Assembly (NCBI RefSeq): GCF_006345805.1
Contig: NC_043013.1
Span: forward strand, 56,172,001 to 56,236,000
Direction of reading: 5' to 3'
Source: Octopus sinensis
Lineage: Eukaryota
DNA length: 64,000 bases
Every line of letters starts with the position of its first letter. The first letter of the stretch is position 1. Made by a program: the position numbers and the translations under genes. The notes under the pieces are model-generated. The model had not been told where the DNA came from. It ran no database searches and saw nothing but the letters and a program-made list of their open reading frames with translations. Of the stretch, positions 50,413 to 63,871 are shown one piece after another.

Positions 50413-51986
50413 ATGCAGTCTATTAAAAATCTCCATTAAACATCATTATTCAGCATACATGGCGATTTATATTTTATATAGCTATCATTATTAGCCACTC
50501 TACATTGTACACCATTACGCTGAGTATTCACATAGCTTAGAAATATCTATTCTACATGGTCTGGCCATTATTATCATTTACCTCTGTCATATAAATACAC
50601 ATACACACATACATATATATATATGTATATATATGTGTGTGTGCACATATGTATGCACATAGATTCATATCACTGTTGCTGCTAGTCACCCAATGCTGTA
50701 GAACGTATTGTAAACGGCCGTTATTATTAGCCCTTTCCTAGTCATACATCAACTATTCTACTTAGTCGCTCCACATATCAATATATATTCTATAAGATCA
50801 TTGTTATCAGCCCTCGCCCATCATATATCATTGATGGAACTATTCAACCAGCCTGGCAATAACTATATTCTATATGGTCATTCTTACAAGCTGCCATTAT
50901 ACAACGCCGTTCCAATTTATTTAACCAATATATATTCTAAGTGGCGTTTGTCAATTATCTTCGCCAATATATATTCTAAGTGACCATTCATACAGAATTT
51001 GTCTTGACATGTCTGCAAGAAATCTAACCAGAAATATTGGAAACAAGATCACCAGAACGATGTCAACATTGTAAACACACATAAGAAAAAGCCATGGCAT
51101 TGCCTCAGGAATTAACAAAAAAATTTTAACTTTCACAGAAATTCTGAATTTGAATTTTTTAAAATAAAAATTTGAATAGAAATATTTTCCAACAACGAAG
51201 CTACTCATGGCCTCGAACAAGATCTTAACACGATACAAACATCTGCATTACTGACTTTCAATGTTCCAATTATTATTTTTAGTTCATTATTTGAAATAAA
51301 ACAAAAGTTATTGTTTTGTTATTTACTGACAATTTCAAACGATTTTATTAGAAACAGTGATTTTTTAAATTCATTATTGTTTACTTATAATTTTTTAACA
51401 AAATTCTTTTTAACTTCAAAAATTCAGATGTTAGTTCAAAGTTCCACACAGCCAACAGCAACATTGTAAATATATATAAAAATGTTAATTTGTAGTTGAA
51501 ATAATGAAACAGAATCAATAAACCAGCTGCCATGCTTCTGATAATAAAACAAAATTTAGAGACATTGTGATTATGGAAATTCAGTAGAATCCAAACAGCT
51601 TACAAATGCAAACCAATGTCACACAAAAATTAACAAAAAATTATTTAAGGTAATCTTTAAAGTTGTTTATGGCTGAAGTAGACATTTTATGTCAGGCATC
51701 AAAGGTTTTGTCACAGAAAACAAATTTTAGTTGTTTTTTGTTGATTTCAGAAGTGTATTTAGCATGTTTCTGTCATGTCCAGATTTTGTGAATTGAAATA
51801 ATAATTATTTGTGCTTACATAATGATCAAGCGTAGTCTTGCTTTATTGCACGTGAAAGGGGAGCATATCACATGACATATCCTAATTACTGCATCAGATC
51901 ATGTCTACTCATTCAGTGGCCATCAACTAGACGTGTTTATGTATATCAAACAGAGCAATTTTACAATGTCTGTCAGCAATATACAC

Positions 51987-52146
51987 CATCATCATCATCA
52001 TCGTTTAACATCCGTTTTCCATGCTAGCATGGGTTGGACAGTTTGACCGGGGTCTGGGAAGCCAGGAGGCTGCACCAAGCACCAGTCTGATCTGGCAGTA
52101 TTTCTACAGCTGGATGCCCTTCCTAACACCAACCACTCCGTGAGTG
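51987..52146 (-). mobile_element. RTE LINE 3' end
   Basis: (CAT)n cgtttaacatccgttttccatgctagc. Confidence 0.9.
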
Positions 52147-53177
52147 AAGCAATAACATCAACAACAAAACTTGCTTCTTTGGTTGTAAGAAAACTGGGCA
52201 TCACCTTTCTCAGTCCTTTTGATTCAGTGTGACCCTCAAATCATGTGACCCTCAAATCATTAAGATTTTGTCTGATTGATATATTGCTTTCGCAACAGTA
52301 ATGGCTTCCACTATGTGGAGCAGGTTGACCTCAAATTACCTCCTCTAAGACAAAAACCTTCTCACTTGTCTCTAGTCCTCTCATCATGTCCCACCTCCTA
52401 TCCTCATGCTAATGCCTGCATCAAGTCCTTACTTCCTGGGGGTAAGGATTAGAATTCTATCCCAGCATATGTCTATACTAAATGTCTTGGAGAGTCTATA
52501 AAAACCGCTCTCTCTCCTCCAATCTCAGAAAAAGGGAAAAAATGACAAAAATAACTGGTTTCAGAAAAATAGTGAATAAACAAAAGATCGACTTTTCAAA
52601 ATGCGAATTAAAAATTTAAACTAATCACACATGAAGTAAACTTATGACTGATTTCTCCAACAACAAAATCAGACAATTCTTTTGGAGATTCAGTTAGTGA
52701 TATTGAAACAGAGAAAGATAATACATATGTTCTACTTGCAGATAATTGCCCAAATCTGCCAAACCAAATGGAGTTAACATGGTGCACGAGTTGTAATTAG
52801 CAAACGAATAGCCAGAGTTGTTTGATTCCAGATATCGACAATCGTATCTCTTTCAGCCAAACACCCCACTTGCCTGTTTGCTATTTTTGCATTTAAAATC
52901 ATTTTACAAAGTAAAATTGTTCTTTCTGTGACATTTGTGGTTTAATGGAATCGGTTAGCTGCAGCTCTGATGTCTGTGAGCTGAAACTGTTTTGGGAATT
53001 TAGTCATCACGCTGTCTTATGGCACAATGCCAATGAGAAAGCTTCACTGACTATGATGTATGTTCTTAACAGCATTCGAGCATCTGCTGTATTAACATCT
53101 GCACGTTTATATATTTGTATAAATATATGTGTGTGTTTGTGTGCATGTATATATGTATCTATCAATCTATCTATCTT

Positions 53178-53210
<33 letters not shown>

Positions 53211-54446
53211 GTCCTACTAAATTATTCTATATTTATTACTTCCATATTTTTTTCTCTCATATCAGTGGTAGAAATCATGAATAGACGATTAGTTCCTTTC
53301 GTTTTCAAGGTATTTCGTCAGTGATATCATTTATATGTGTACCAAAGTAATTAGACTGTGGACAGAAAACTCCACAGACTTCTTTCACATTCTTTCGAGA
53401 AAGTCATTAACAGGATTAACTTTTAATTTATGTGTGAATCACTGTTATTTCTGACAGTGGTTTAATAAACTCATAGTTGAAAAAGACTTCAAAAATTAAA
53501 TATAAAATTTTCTTTTCAGTTTTGATTTCAATAAAAAATCAAAACAATTTATATAAAAACATCCTTTGTACTTAATTCTCTTTGGAACCAATCCTTCAAC
53601 GAATTGTCAATAGAAAGTTAAATAATCTTACTATACAAGCCTCTATCAGATATATGAAATGTATGTTGTATTATCACATTTATTAAATACCAGTTTAAGC
53701 TCAATTTTGTTAAATGCCACTATTTTGACAACACGGGTATACTAATGGCAATATAAACTTGACACAGAAGATAAACAATCTTCTGAAATAAAAGCTGAAG
53801 AATAAAACGAGACAAAAAAGTGTTGTCTTTGGTTGTAGAAAATGTACAAGTGATAAGGAAATTTAGTTTCCAGATCGAAATTCAGAATTAATGATTTTAT
53901 AGGAAACAGTAATTGCCATTTCAGCAACAGAAAAAAGTTGAAATAGGCTGCCTGGTGTTATATTTATTTAAATGTCACTCGATCATTTAGTGTTGTATAT
54001 ATTTAAATGTCATTTGTCATTGAGGAAGAGAATTATAAGTCCTAATCATTAATATTAATTAGATTTCCAAAGTATACAGCTTTCTTTTCATGAGTGTATT
54101 AATGGAATTTATGATTGTCTGGTGTTAAATATAGGAAGTAAGTACAAACATATCAAGTGGACAAAATATGGCTTTTGTCAACTGTGAAATTGTAACTTTT
54201 GTATGAAATGCGGGCTTTTACCTCGTAATATAATGTTCGATAAAACAGAGGGCAACGACATTTTATTGATTGATAAAATATGACGATTTTTCAATATTAA
54301 TGACATGAAACAAATGGAAATGCTGTTTCCTAATTGCGTGTTTTTCTGAACAAACGTAATATTGATGGAAAGTTATATAACATGGCAAGATAAAGTGACA
54401 CTAAAATATAGATTATAGTTTTAGCTTATGATTGACTGTTGTATCA

Positions 54447-54494
<48 letters not shown>

Positions 54495-54583
54495 TGGTAC
54501 ATTAATGTAGCTAATAGAAAAAGACACTTCAGAATAATATCAAGCCGTAAACTGAAATATAAGTGTGTAGATGCATGAATTAA

Positions 54584-54639
<56 letters not shown>

Positions 54640-55273
54640 CAGAGATTTATCTAAGAATCCACAAGTTAGAGAAAGCAGGCACTCATATGTTTCTCAGTTT
54701 CATAGATATATTAACATTTATTCAATTCAGTATTACAGATCCATTTCAACCAGTTTTACCAATCGGTTTCACACATGAGAATTAGAGGAAAACTGAATCC
54801 AGGTGCTCGTCTGAAGGGCTGATAGGAAATATATGGGTATTCTAAAAAACTGGAATGAAGGGACTTGGGGGAAATGTTCAGAAAGGAACTAGTCTATAAA
54901 TTAAAACTAACCCCTACTCCCCACCCTACTAGTAAATCTGAATAACAGAAATAATCAGTGATAAGCAGTGTCTGTTTTGAAAAAATCTCAGTTACAAATA
55001 TGATGTTTATTGATAAAGCATGTTCTTTGTCTATCTCCTTATCCTCTTGGTGATTTTGGATAAAAAGAAAATTATACAAATGAATCCTTTGAATTTAACT
55101 AAATTCTATATTTCTATGCAGCTGAGGATTGCTCTACATTTTAAATTGATGTAATATTTGCATTGTTCAATTAAATGGAGTTGCATGAAACGATCGTACT
55201 GCATTACCTCTGGATATCCTTGTTGCTTATTTTGATTGTATATATATATATATATATATTTATATATTTATTT

Positions 55274-55660
55274 CATCATCATCATTTAACCCATGTTGGC
55301 ATGGTTTGGACGGTTGGGCTGATAACTGAAAAGTTGGGGGGAGGGGTTGCATCAGGTTCCAGTTTGAATTGGCAAGGTTTCTACGGTTGGATGCCCTTCC
55401 TAATGCCAACCACTCTAAGAGTGTAGTGGGTGCTTTTTATATGCCATTGACTTGAGACCAGCATCAGCCACAACTATGGTTTCACTTGGCATGACAGGTC
55501 AACATATGCATGATATATCACCAAGGGTCTTGGTCACCTGTCACTCCATGAGGCCCAATGCTCGAATGGTGCTTTTTATATGCCACTGGCATGGGGGTGC
55601 CAGTCAAATGGCACTGGCATTGGTCACAACTACTATTTCACTCAGTTCAATGGGTCTTCA
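55274..55660 (-). mobile_element. RTE LINE 3'UTR, degenerate
   Basis: ggatgcccttcctaatgccaaccactc..gtgtagtgggtgcttttt. Confidence 0.75.
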
Positions 55661-55859
55661 TACATATATATTTAAGGAAAGTAAAACAAGGTAGAAGATG
55701 CTAAAATAATTTTTATCACGAGGAACATTTTAGTACTGGTTTCAGCCTTTATGACTTTTTCAACTTAAAATAAAGCATGAAAAACAACAATTAAATTGTG
55801 GAAAAATAAAATGATATGCTTTAAAAAAATATTTCCATAGTTTTCAAATACATGGGGCA

Positions 55860-55909
<50 letters not shown>

Positions 55910-56904
55910 TTTTGTGAAGGATTGGCAAATAGTTAGTAGCAGGCCTGAAAGAATATATGATTGTCTTTGTCCTATTTTCCTTATGCATATCAACTCGTGT
56001 GTTACTTTTCAACCTTTTACACACACAGACACACACACACACACACACTTACAAATGCATATATACTTCAATGCCACTCAGTGTATATTTCTGAATAATT
56101 TTCATTTTGAAACATTTCACCTAATTTCCTCAATATTTTGTCATCAAACTTGAAATCCGTTTATCGTTTGTCATATCTTATTGATGAGACTTGTCACACT
56201 CAGATTCCCTTATAGCCAAGAAATGAATATATTTTCCTTGTCTGTGATTATAATGGAATAAAACCATTTCATTAATTTATTCTGGATTTTGACTTTCCTG
56301 AATTTATATTTACTATCCTCTGGCAGATGCAGATAGAAGTTACTGCACTGAGAACAACTTATCTGAATTGAGGTTGATTTTTCTGTATAAATTTGTTTGG
56401 ATTATTTTCATGTTGTTCTTTAACGTGAGAGTTTCGAGGAGATTTTACTGTTATTTCTCATAAGTCATGTGACCACATAAAGGTTCTTGCCTAATAATTC
56501 ATTAATAATTCTTTGAGGTGAGAAGATTAGTTTATGAAATTTGAGAGAAAATTTGAAATTTGGTAACACCGTTAATGATACATTATGAAAATTCAGAAAA
56601 TATGTAAAGTAATGATTAGCCTGCTGATCGATGATATTAAAAGGCCGTTTATGGTATATAAGAGATGGGTAGGATGGGGGCATCTCCTTCATTTTAGCAC
56701 ATGACAACAATATGTCTTTTATCTTTGATTTCCTTTAGTCTGGCTATGCCCGGGCACTGAATTGTATATATTAGAAATAAAATACAAAGTATGAAGAAAA
56801 AAAAAGAAAGAAATAATAATAAAAGTGGTACAAAATACAGTAAAACTAATTACATTCATAAATGATAGAAAAAAAAGTTTGAAGAAGGAAAGGCATGACA
56901 CTGA

Positions 56905-57322
56905 AGAAGTTGTAAATGATGATGAAAATATATCCTACTTTGGTCATGAATAAACCATGGGATTGCACCTAGAAAGTTACCCCACAAGGTACAAGTCTGG
57001 GCCAGGTTGTTTATGGGAGACCAGTAGTTGCCCATGCATACCAGCCTCTCCTTCCTCATCACCAATATTATCCAAGGAAAAGGCAAAGGCTGATATAATT
57101 TGGCACCAGTGACATCGCAACTCATTACTACAGCTGAGTGAACTGGAGTTACGTGAAATAAAGTGTTTTGCTCACTTTATTTTGGTCCTGGAATCGAACT
57201 TACCACCTCACGACTGTGAACGACGTGAAATAAGTGTTTTTGCTCACTTTATTTTGGTCCTGGAATCGAACTTACCACCTCACGACTGTGAACCCGATGC
57301 TCTAACCACTAAGCCATGTGCT
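56905..57322 (-). mobile_element. SINE family C-related element with an internal 72-bp tandem duplication
   Basis: tRNA-like head read on the minus strand (ggttagagcatcgg..ttcgattcc); duplication at 57151-57293. Confidence 0.65.
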
Positions 57323-57341
57323 ATGGCATAAATATAGCTTA

Positions 57342-57752
57342 GTCTTTTCTACTCTAGGCACAAGGGCCAGTCGATTAGATCTACCCCGCAGTATGCAACT
57401 GGTACTTAATTTATCGACCTCAAAAGGATGACAGGCAAAGTCAACCTCAGTGGAATTTGAACTCAGAACATAAGACAGACGAAATACCGCTAAGCATTTC
57501 GCCCAGTGTGCTTACGTTTCTGCCAGCTCACTGCCTTATAAATATACTTTTCTATTCTAGGCACAAGGCCTCAAATTTTTTGGGAGGGGACCAGTTGATT
57601 AGATCGACCCCAGTACTCAACTGGTACTTAATTTATCAACCCTGAAAAGATGAAAGGCAAAGTCGACTTTGGCGGAATTTGAACTCAGAACAGACGAAAT
57701 ACTGCTAAGCATTTTGCCTGGCATGCTAACATTTCTGCCAGCTCACCACCGT
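57342..57752 (-). mobile_element. Two tandem SINE family A copies
   Basis: Copies at 57342-57537 and 57547-57752; ataaatatagctta at 57328 and 57753, ataaatata between them. Confidence 0.9.
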
Positions 57753-58632
57753 ATAAATATAGCTTAATATATGATTTCAGGTGATCTTTATGATATGTTC
57801 CCCATATAATTTCATATTTACTTAATATATATCTCTTGCAGTCTACTGACACAATCTGTTGTATATACGAGCAACTTTCTTTGATATATTACGAAAAATA
57901 TGCATTTGAACTTTATATCAAAATATTTAATCATTTAGCTTTTTTTATTTAAAATTTGAAAATATAATTTGCTTGTGCTAAACAAATTTTTTCAATTTCT
58001 TTGAAGTGAGTTTACTTGAGGCTAAGATTGCAAAATGGTGAATCTCGCCAATGCATTGCATGTTGGGTTTTAATTGAAGAATTATCTTGGGATATTTTAG
58101 TTTTTAATGTATAACAATATTCAGCTCCATATTTAGCCACACACACACACACACAAAAAAAGAAAACAGAACTCCTTTTCCCTCTGAATAGGTCTCATGA
58201 AATCTCACAATCTCACAGTGTCTTTAAGAATATGAATTCTTTTCCTTTTTATCAATTTGAGGTTAACTAAGAAAAATTGTTATTTTTCAGTCAGCTAAAA
58301 GAAAAATTCCCCAATGGCTGTAAAACAAACTGGGAATCTACTGAAGAATCAAAGTAGTTTCAAAACATTGCCTCGTGGTGGTGTTGCCACATAGTAATAG
58401 CTAAAAAATATCCTGAAAATATGATTTCTTAGATGTTGTTGAAGAGGTCATGGTAGACTCTGAACAAACAACACAAGCATATGGGTGGGTGGTCAAACAC
58501 ATGGCTATGAACACACCCTAAGTTTTTGTTTGATGAACGAATTTGTAATTTTACAATTGTGGAGATGTAATCATGGATGCTAGTCCCGTTTCTAAGCTTG
58601 ATTTTTATCCATTTTCACTAGAAAACTTTTAC

Positions 58633-58770
58633 CTCCAACTCTAATAACAATGCCTTAAAAACGACAACCATGAGGTCACAAATGATAAAATCAAGGCAAC
58701 TAAAAAGGTATGAAATTTATAAAAACAATTTTAACAATGCAAATGATAAAATCAAGACTTCCGAGTAAAG
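58633..58770 (-). other. Candidate minus-strand noncoding exon (138 nt)
   Basis: ttttcttttcttctcttctttttgtag|CTT...GAG|gtaaaa; stops in all three frames. Confidence 0.25.
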
Positions 58771-59559
58771 CTACAAAAAGAAGAGAAGAAAAGAAAAGTA
58801 AAGCAATAAAAACAACAGACTCAATGTTACACATGATAAATATCAGTGTTGGCTTGATGTGCCATGAAACGGAAAATGTTTTGTCGCCAAACGTCTGAAT
58901 TCACGTTAAATTCAGAGAGATGGTCCCTAATCAAATCAAACTTGCCTGTAAAGCTAAGTGTTAAAATAATAGTGTTAAAAACTAAATTTGTGAGGTGAAA
59001 AACGAAAGCTTAAGTGTAAGGTGAGGCGTGAAAGTACACTAGTGCCTAATGTTGTTTATCTTAAACATGTGAAACAGGAATCGAGATAAATATGGCACAA
59101 ATTAGAATAACTGGCACCAGTAGAAAAGCTGCAGATACAAAAGTGAGGAATGAAATAACACATCATGTAAAAAGAATAACAAAAATAGGTTTATTTGAAT
59201 ATAATAAATGAATGTTGCCAAGACTTTCTCCACCACCACCACCACCACCACCACCCACCCGACCACCACCCTATATAGACTAGCAACATTGCCCTTGGAT
59301 TCCCTTACTCGATTTTTTGTTAGCCTCTGCTGAAGTATAACGATCTCAGAAATGCTCAGATAACAGCGTTTTTATTTTTTTCAACTTCGTTTCACCACTA
59401 CTCTTCTTCTAGTTCTGCACAGATCAATAAAACACCTTATTAGTTTTCTATTCATATTCTCTACTCGCTTTCATACCCATGCGCATGTGTCCTCATGTAA
59501 ATAAAGTTTCAATAGTTTCGTCTTCCCTGTTGTTAACCTTTAAGATAACCTTAGTTATC

Positions 59560-59702
59560 TCTCTCTCTCTCTTGGCCTCACTCTGTTTCTCTTTCTCTCA
59601 ACCTAACTCTGTCTGTCTGTTTCTCTCTCTCTCTTGGCCTCACTCTGTCTGTCTCTCTCTCTCTCTCGGCCTCACTCTGTCTGTCTGTCTCTCTCTCTCT
59701 CT
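59560..59702. repeat. Imperfect minisatellite (CT)n-tggcctcactctgtctgt, about 30-bp unit x3-4
   Basis: Direct reading. Confidence 0.8.
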
Positions 59703-59771
59703 TTTGATTACCACTTGCTTTGCCAAGACTTCCTCCTCCTCCACCACCACCACCACCACCCTATATAAACT

Positions 59772-61460
59772 ATGAGGAAACTAGGGACAGATGAATGGTT
59801 AGTGAGAGCTGTGGAAGCCATGTACAGGGACGCTGTCAGTAAGGTGAGGGTTTTACAATGAGTACAGTGAAGTATTCCAGGTAGAGGTAGGGGTCCACCA
59901 AGGTTCAGTCCTCAGCCCCTCCTATTTAACATAGTCCTCCAGGCAATAACAGAGGAATTCAAGACAAGATGCCCCTGGGAACTCCTCTATGCTGATGACC
60001 TTGCTCTAATTGCTGAGTCAGAACTAGAGGAGAAGTTTCAGGTGTGGAAGTAAGGATTAGAATTGAAGGGTCTTAGAGTCAACCTAGCTAAAACCAAAGT
60101 CCTAATAAGTAGGAAGGCAGACAAGTCACAAATCCCTTCAGGTAGATGGCTCTGCTTGATCTGTAGAAAAGGTGTTTGGTAGAAACTCTATAAGATGTAC
60201 CCAGTGTAAGCTATGGACACATAAGAGATGCAGCAATATCAAAGGAAGGCTAACTGGGAGGATAGTTTTCGTATGTGGCAGGAGCAATAAACACTGAAAA
60301 TGTGCAGAGAACAACTTCCACTACATTCCAGGGAGAAAAACTAGAAGTAGTTGATAGCTTTCATTACCTAGGGGACCAAGTCACTAGCAGGGGAAGGTGC
60401 GCTGAAAGTGTAGCTGCTAGAATAAGAATAACCTGGGCAAAGTTCAGAGAGCTGGTGACAAAGGGCCTCTCACTCAGGGTAAAAGGTAGACAGTGTGATG
60501 CATGTGTACGAACAGCCATGTTACATGGCAGTGAAACATGGGCTGTGACTGCTGAGGATATACGTAAGCTAACAAGGAATGAAACCAGTATGCTCCACTC
60601 AATGTGTAATGTCAGTGTGCATACTTCGACAGAGTGTAAGCACCTTGCGAGAAAAGTTGGACATAAGAAGCATCAGATGTGGTGTGCAAGAGAGATGACT
60701 GCACTGGTATGGTCATGTGTTGTGTATGGATGAGGACAGCTGTGTGAAGAAGTGTCACACCCTAACAGTGGAGGGAACCTGTGGAAGAGGTAGACCCAAG
60801 AAGACCTGGGATGAGGTGGTGAAGCATGACCTTTGAACATTAGGCCTCACCGAGGCAATGACTAGTGACCGAAACCATTGGAAATATGCAGTGCGTGAGA
60901 AAACTCGGCAAGCCAAGTGAGACTATAACCCGTGGATATGCCAGCGGTGTATCCAGCCCACTTATGCATACCTTTTCCTTCATTTGATACTAAACTCTCC
61001 TTGCGAAGACCTGTTGAGGCAAGTGAAATCGAAATTGAATGAAATTCGATGACTATCACCCATGCCAGTGGAGCGCTAAGAGCTCCATCCAAGTGTGATC
61101 GTTGGTAGAGCAGCTGACTGACTTCTGTGCTAGTGGCACATAAAAATGCTGGTAGCACATGAAAAAACATCCGAGCAAAGTCGTTGCCAGTGCTGCTGGA
61201 CTGACTCCTGTGCAGGTGGCTTGTAAAAACACCATTTGAGCATGGCCGTTGTCAGTACTGCCTGACTGGCCCTCGTGGCAGGTGTACATAAAAGCACCCA
61301 CTACACTCTCGGAGTGGTTGGCTTTAGGAAGAGCATCCAGCTGTAGAAACTCTGCCACATCAGACTGGTGCCTGGTACAGCCAGCTGGTTCACCAGCCCT
61401 CAGTCAAAATCATCCAACCCATGCTAGCATGGAAAGCAGACGTTAAACAATGATGATGAT
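59772..61460 (+). mobile_element. 5'-truncated RTE-type LINE: RT C-terminal half + 3'UTR + (TGA)n
   Basis: GVHQGSVL, PWELLYADDLALI, VNLAKTK, VDSFHYLGD, AMLHGSETWAVTAED, GRPKKTWDEVVKHD; frameshifts and stops present. Confidence 0.95.
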
Positions 61461-62614
61461 AATTAATGTAGCGGTTAAGAAATGGTATTCCTTAAAAGCT
61501 TCATGAGGAATGTTTTGGTGTAGTTTACTTAAAATACTTGTTTTATACCACACACACACACATATACATACACACACACACACATATACATACACATAAT
61601 ATATGTATTGGAATGACAAAGAGGTTCCACACAAGTAAATTCATATTAAATGTCCAACAGGGATGTTCTTTATTATGGATAAAAGCAAGAAAATGTTTCG
61701 GTTATTCTTGGTTTAAATCACTCCATTCACTCTTTGGCTTCTGATTTTGTTTCTACTTTGATATTGTAATCTGAAATATATTCACAGGTTTCTTGTCCTC
61801 AATTTGAGATGTGAACCACGATGTTTACATCCAAACTGTTGAACGTAAATTTAGCCAAACTAAAACATAATCTGAAGACCAACAATGATTGTGAAGACTA
61901 GAATAACAAAGTTTATTCACCTTATTCCTTGCAAGCAACTCTCAAATTGGAAAATGATTTGAGTAATTGAGAAAGAAGTGTCCACTATCAGTGTGCTCAA
62001 TGCTGAAGATGTAATTGGTCAGGACACCGAGAAAAAAATAGAACAGTTGGTACAAAGATCACAACCAGTGTTTGAAATATCTGTGTAAAGACTTTGAAGA
62101 AGGTTGCAAGAGCATCTGTTAATTCAAGATGTTGGATATAACAGTCACCTTTAATTTTGTTTAATCATTTATTTCAACTGTGTTTTCCCCAAACTTTATA
62201 ATCAGATGTAATTAATTGACCCAACTTTTTAAAATTTTAATTTTAATTAAGAATTCTGGAGCGTGAAATTTGCTTTAATTAAATGTGCCACTTTTCTCTG
62301 TTTTTCCACTGGTGCCATTGTGACCTGTATCAGATTAACCTGCACCAGTTTTACTGTGTACCAGCAATCTTTATCAGACTCTGGCATAAAAGGTGTCTCT
62401 GACTCTTTTAAGGAACTTTTGTGCCACAAAAACAATATAATATGTATTGTATGGAATTCTATGCCAAAAACCACAGGAAAGCAATAAAATTTTTTTATTT
62501 TACAATAAAAGAAGATATTCATTAACAGCCATTAACTATTAATTGCATTAAACCTCATCAGGAACAAACTATGTTTATCATGAAAACAAGCAATATTAAA
62601 GTTCTTGAATAATT

Positions 62615-63040
62615 CATCATCATCATCATCATCGTTTAACGTCCGTTTTCCATGCTGGCATGGGTTGGATGGTTTGACAGAGGTCTGGAGAGCCAGCAGC
62701 TGCACCAGGCTCCAATCTGACCTGGCAGTGTTTCTACATTGATGCCCTTCCTAATGCCAATCCCTCCAAGAGTGTAGTGGGTGCTATTTATGTGCCACCA
62801 GCACAGGAGACTGTCAGTAGGCACTGGCATCAATCACGTTCGGATAGTGGTTTTTATGTGCCACCGGCATGAGGACCAGTCAGGGGATGCTGGCTACAGC
62901 TACAATATTGGTTTTACTTGACTCAACTGGTCTTCTCAAGCATATCATATCACCCAACGATTCAGAGGTACTCTTAACTGGCCCGGACATGTATGGCTGC
63001 AATCTCACTTTAGTTGTTGGGTCTTCTCAATCACAGCATT
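62615..63040 (-). mobile_element. RTE LINE 3'UTR
   Basis: (CAT)n cgtttaacgtccgttttccatgctggcatggg. Confidence 0.85.
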
Positions 63041-63871
63041 AAAATGAAAAATTATTTCTGAAATTTAACTCCAGCCAAATTAGTGATCCTGTATTGGAGT
63101 CACAAATAAAGTTGACTGGTTCTAAGCACTTAATTATATTAAGTAGTGTCTATGATATGGTTCTGTTGGTGGTGTTTCTGAAGCCCGGGTCAGTCTTGAT
63201 TCAATGGTCATATGATCAAAGACATCCTAGCCTTGCTAATCTGCTTGATTTATTTAATCAAATATGTTGTTGCTGAATAACATCGCATTAAGGTATTAAA
63301 TTCTATTTGACTGTTCTCCAATTCTTTCCTTTTTACCACAGAAAGCCCTTTTTTGAGACCTTCATAAAAGTGGAGCATAAATGTGTTACAAAGTTTTCTG
63401 TCCAGTAACTGACGTGTAAACAAGCCCAGCCGTTTAAATGTAGACTCCCCGTTAGTCTGATTGATGGTAAATGCTGTTTAAAAGAAATTCCTGTTTCCAT
63501 AAACAGTGAGCAAATTCAAAACAAACTTGGAAATTTTATCGGCAAGAACGAAGAATGTTTCTCTTGTAAAGTAAATGTATGGAAAGTCAATCAGTGGGGA
63601 AGGATATCAGTGACTTTCATGATACTTTCAATTAAATACATTCATTATCAAATATTTTGTTCTTTCTTTAAAGACTCAAATAATGATGGTTCATTATAAT
63701 AATTACAGTATATCAGGAACAGAGGTAATTATTTTTTAGGTTATATTTTGATGATTATGATGATATCTATGTGTCAGCTATATTGATTATTTATAAATTT
63801 AATCTTCAGATGAAACTGTTCAGTTACTATTTCTGATAATTGTAGTATCACATTCTAGCCATACATATTGG

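Noticed and set aside
50770-50990. CRISPR-like repeat/spacer pattern
   Set aside because: Repeats are degenerate, spacers are irregular, there are no cas genes and the context is eukaryotic.
60275-60733. 152-aa ORF as a host gene
   Set aside because: Part of the RTE LINE RT C-terminal region, bounded by frameshifts.
61960-62090. Protein-like frame EKEVSTISVLNAEDVIGQDTEKKIEQLVQRSQPVFEISV*
   Set aside because: No in-frame acceptor or start, and no recognisable domain.
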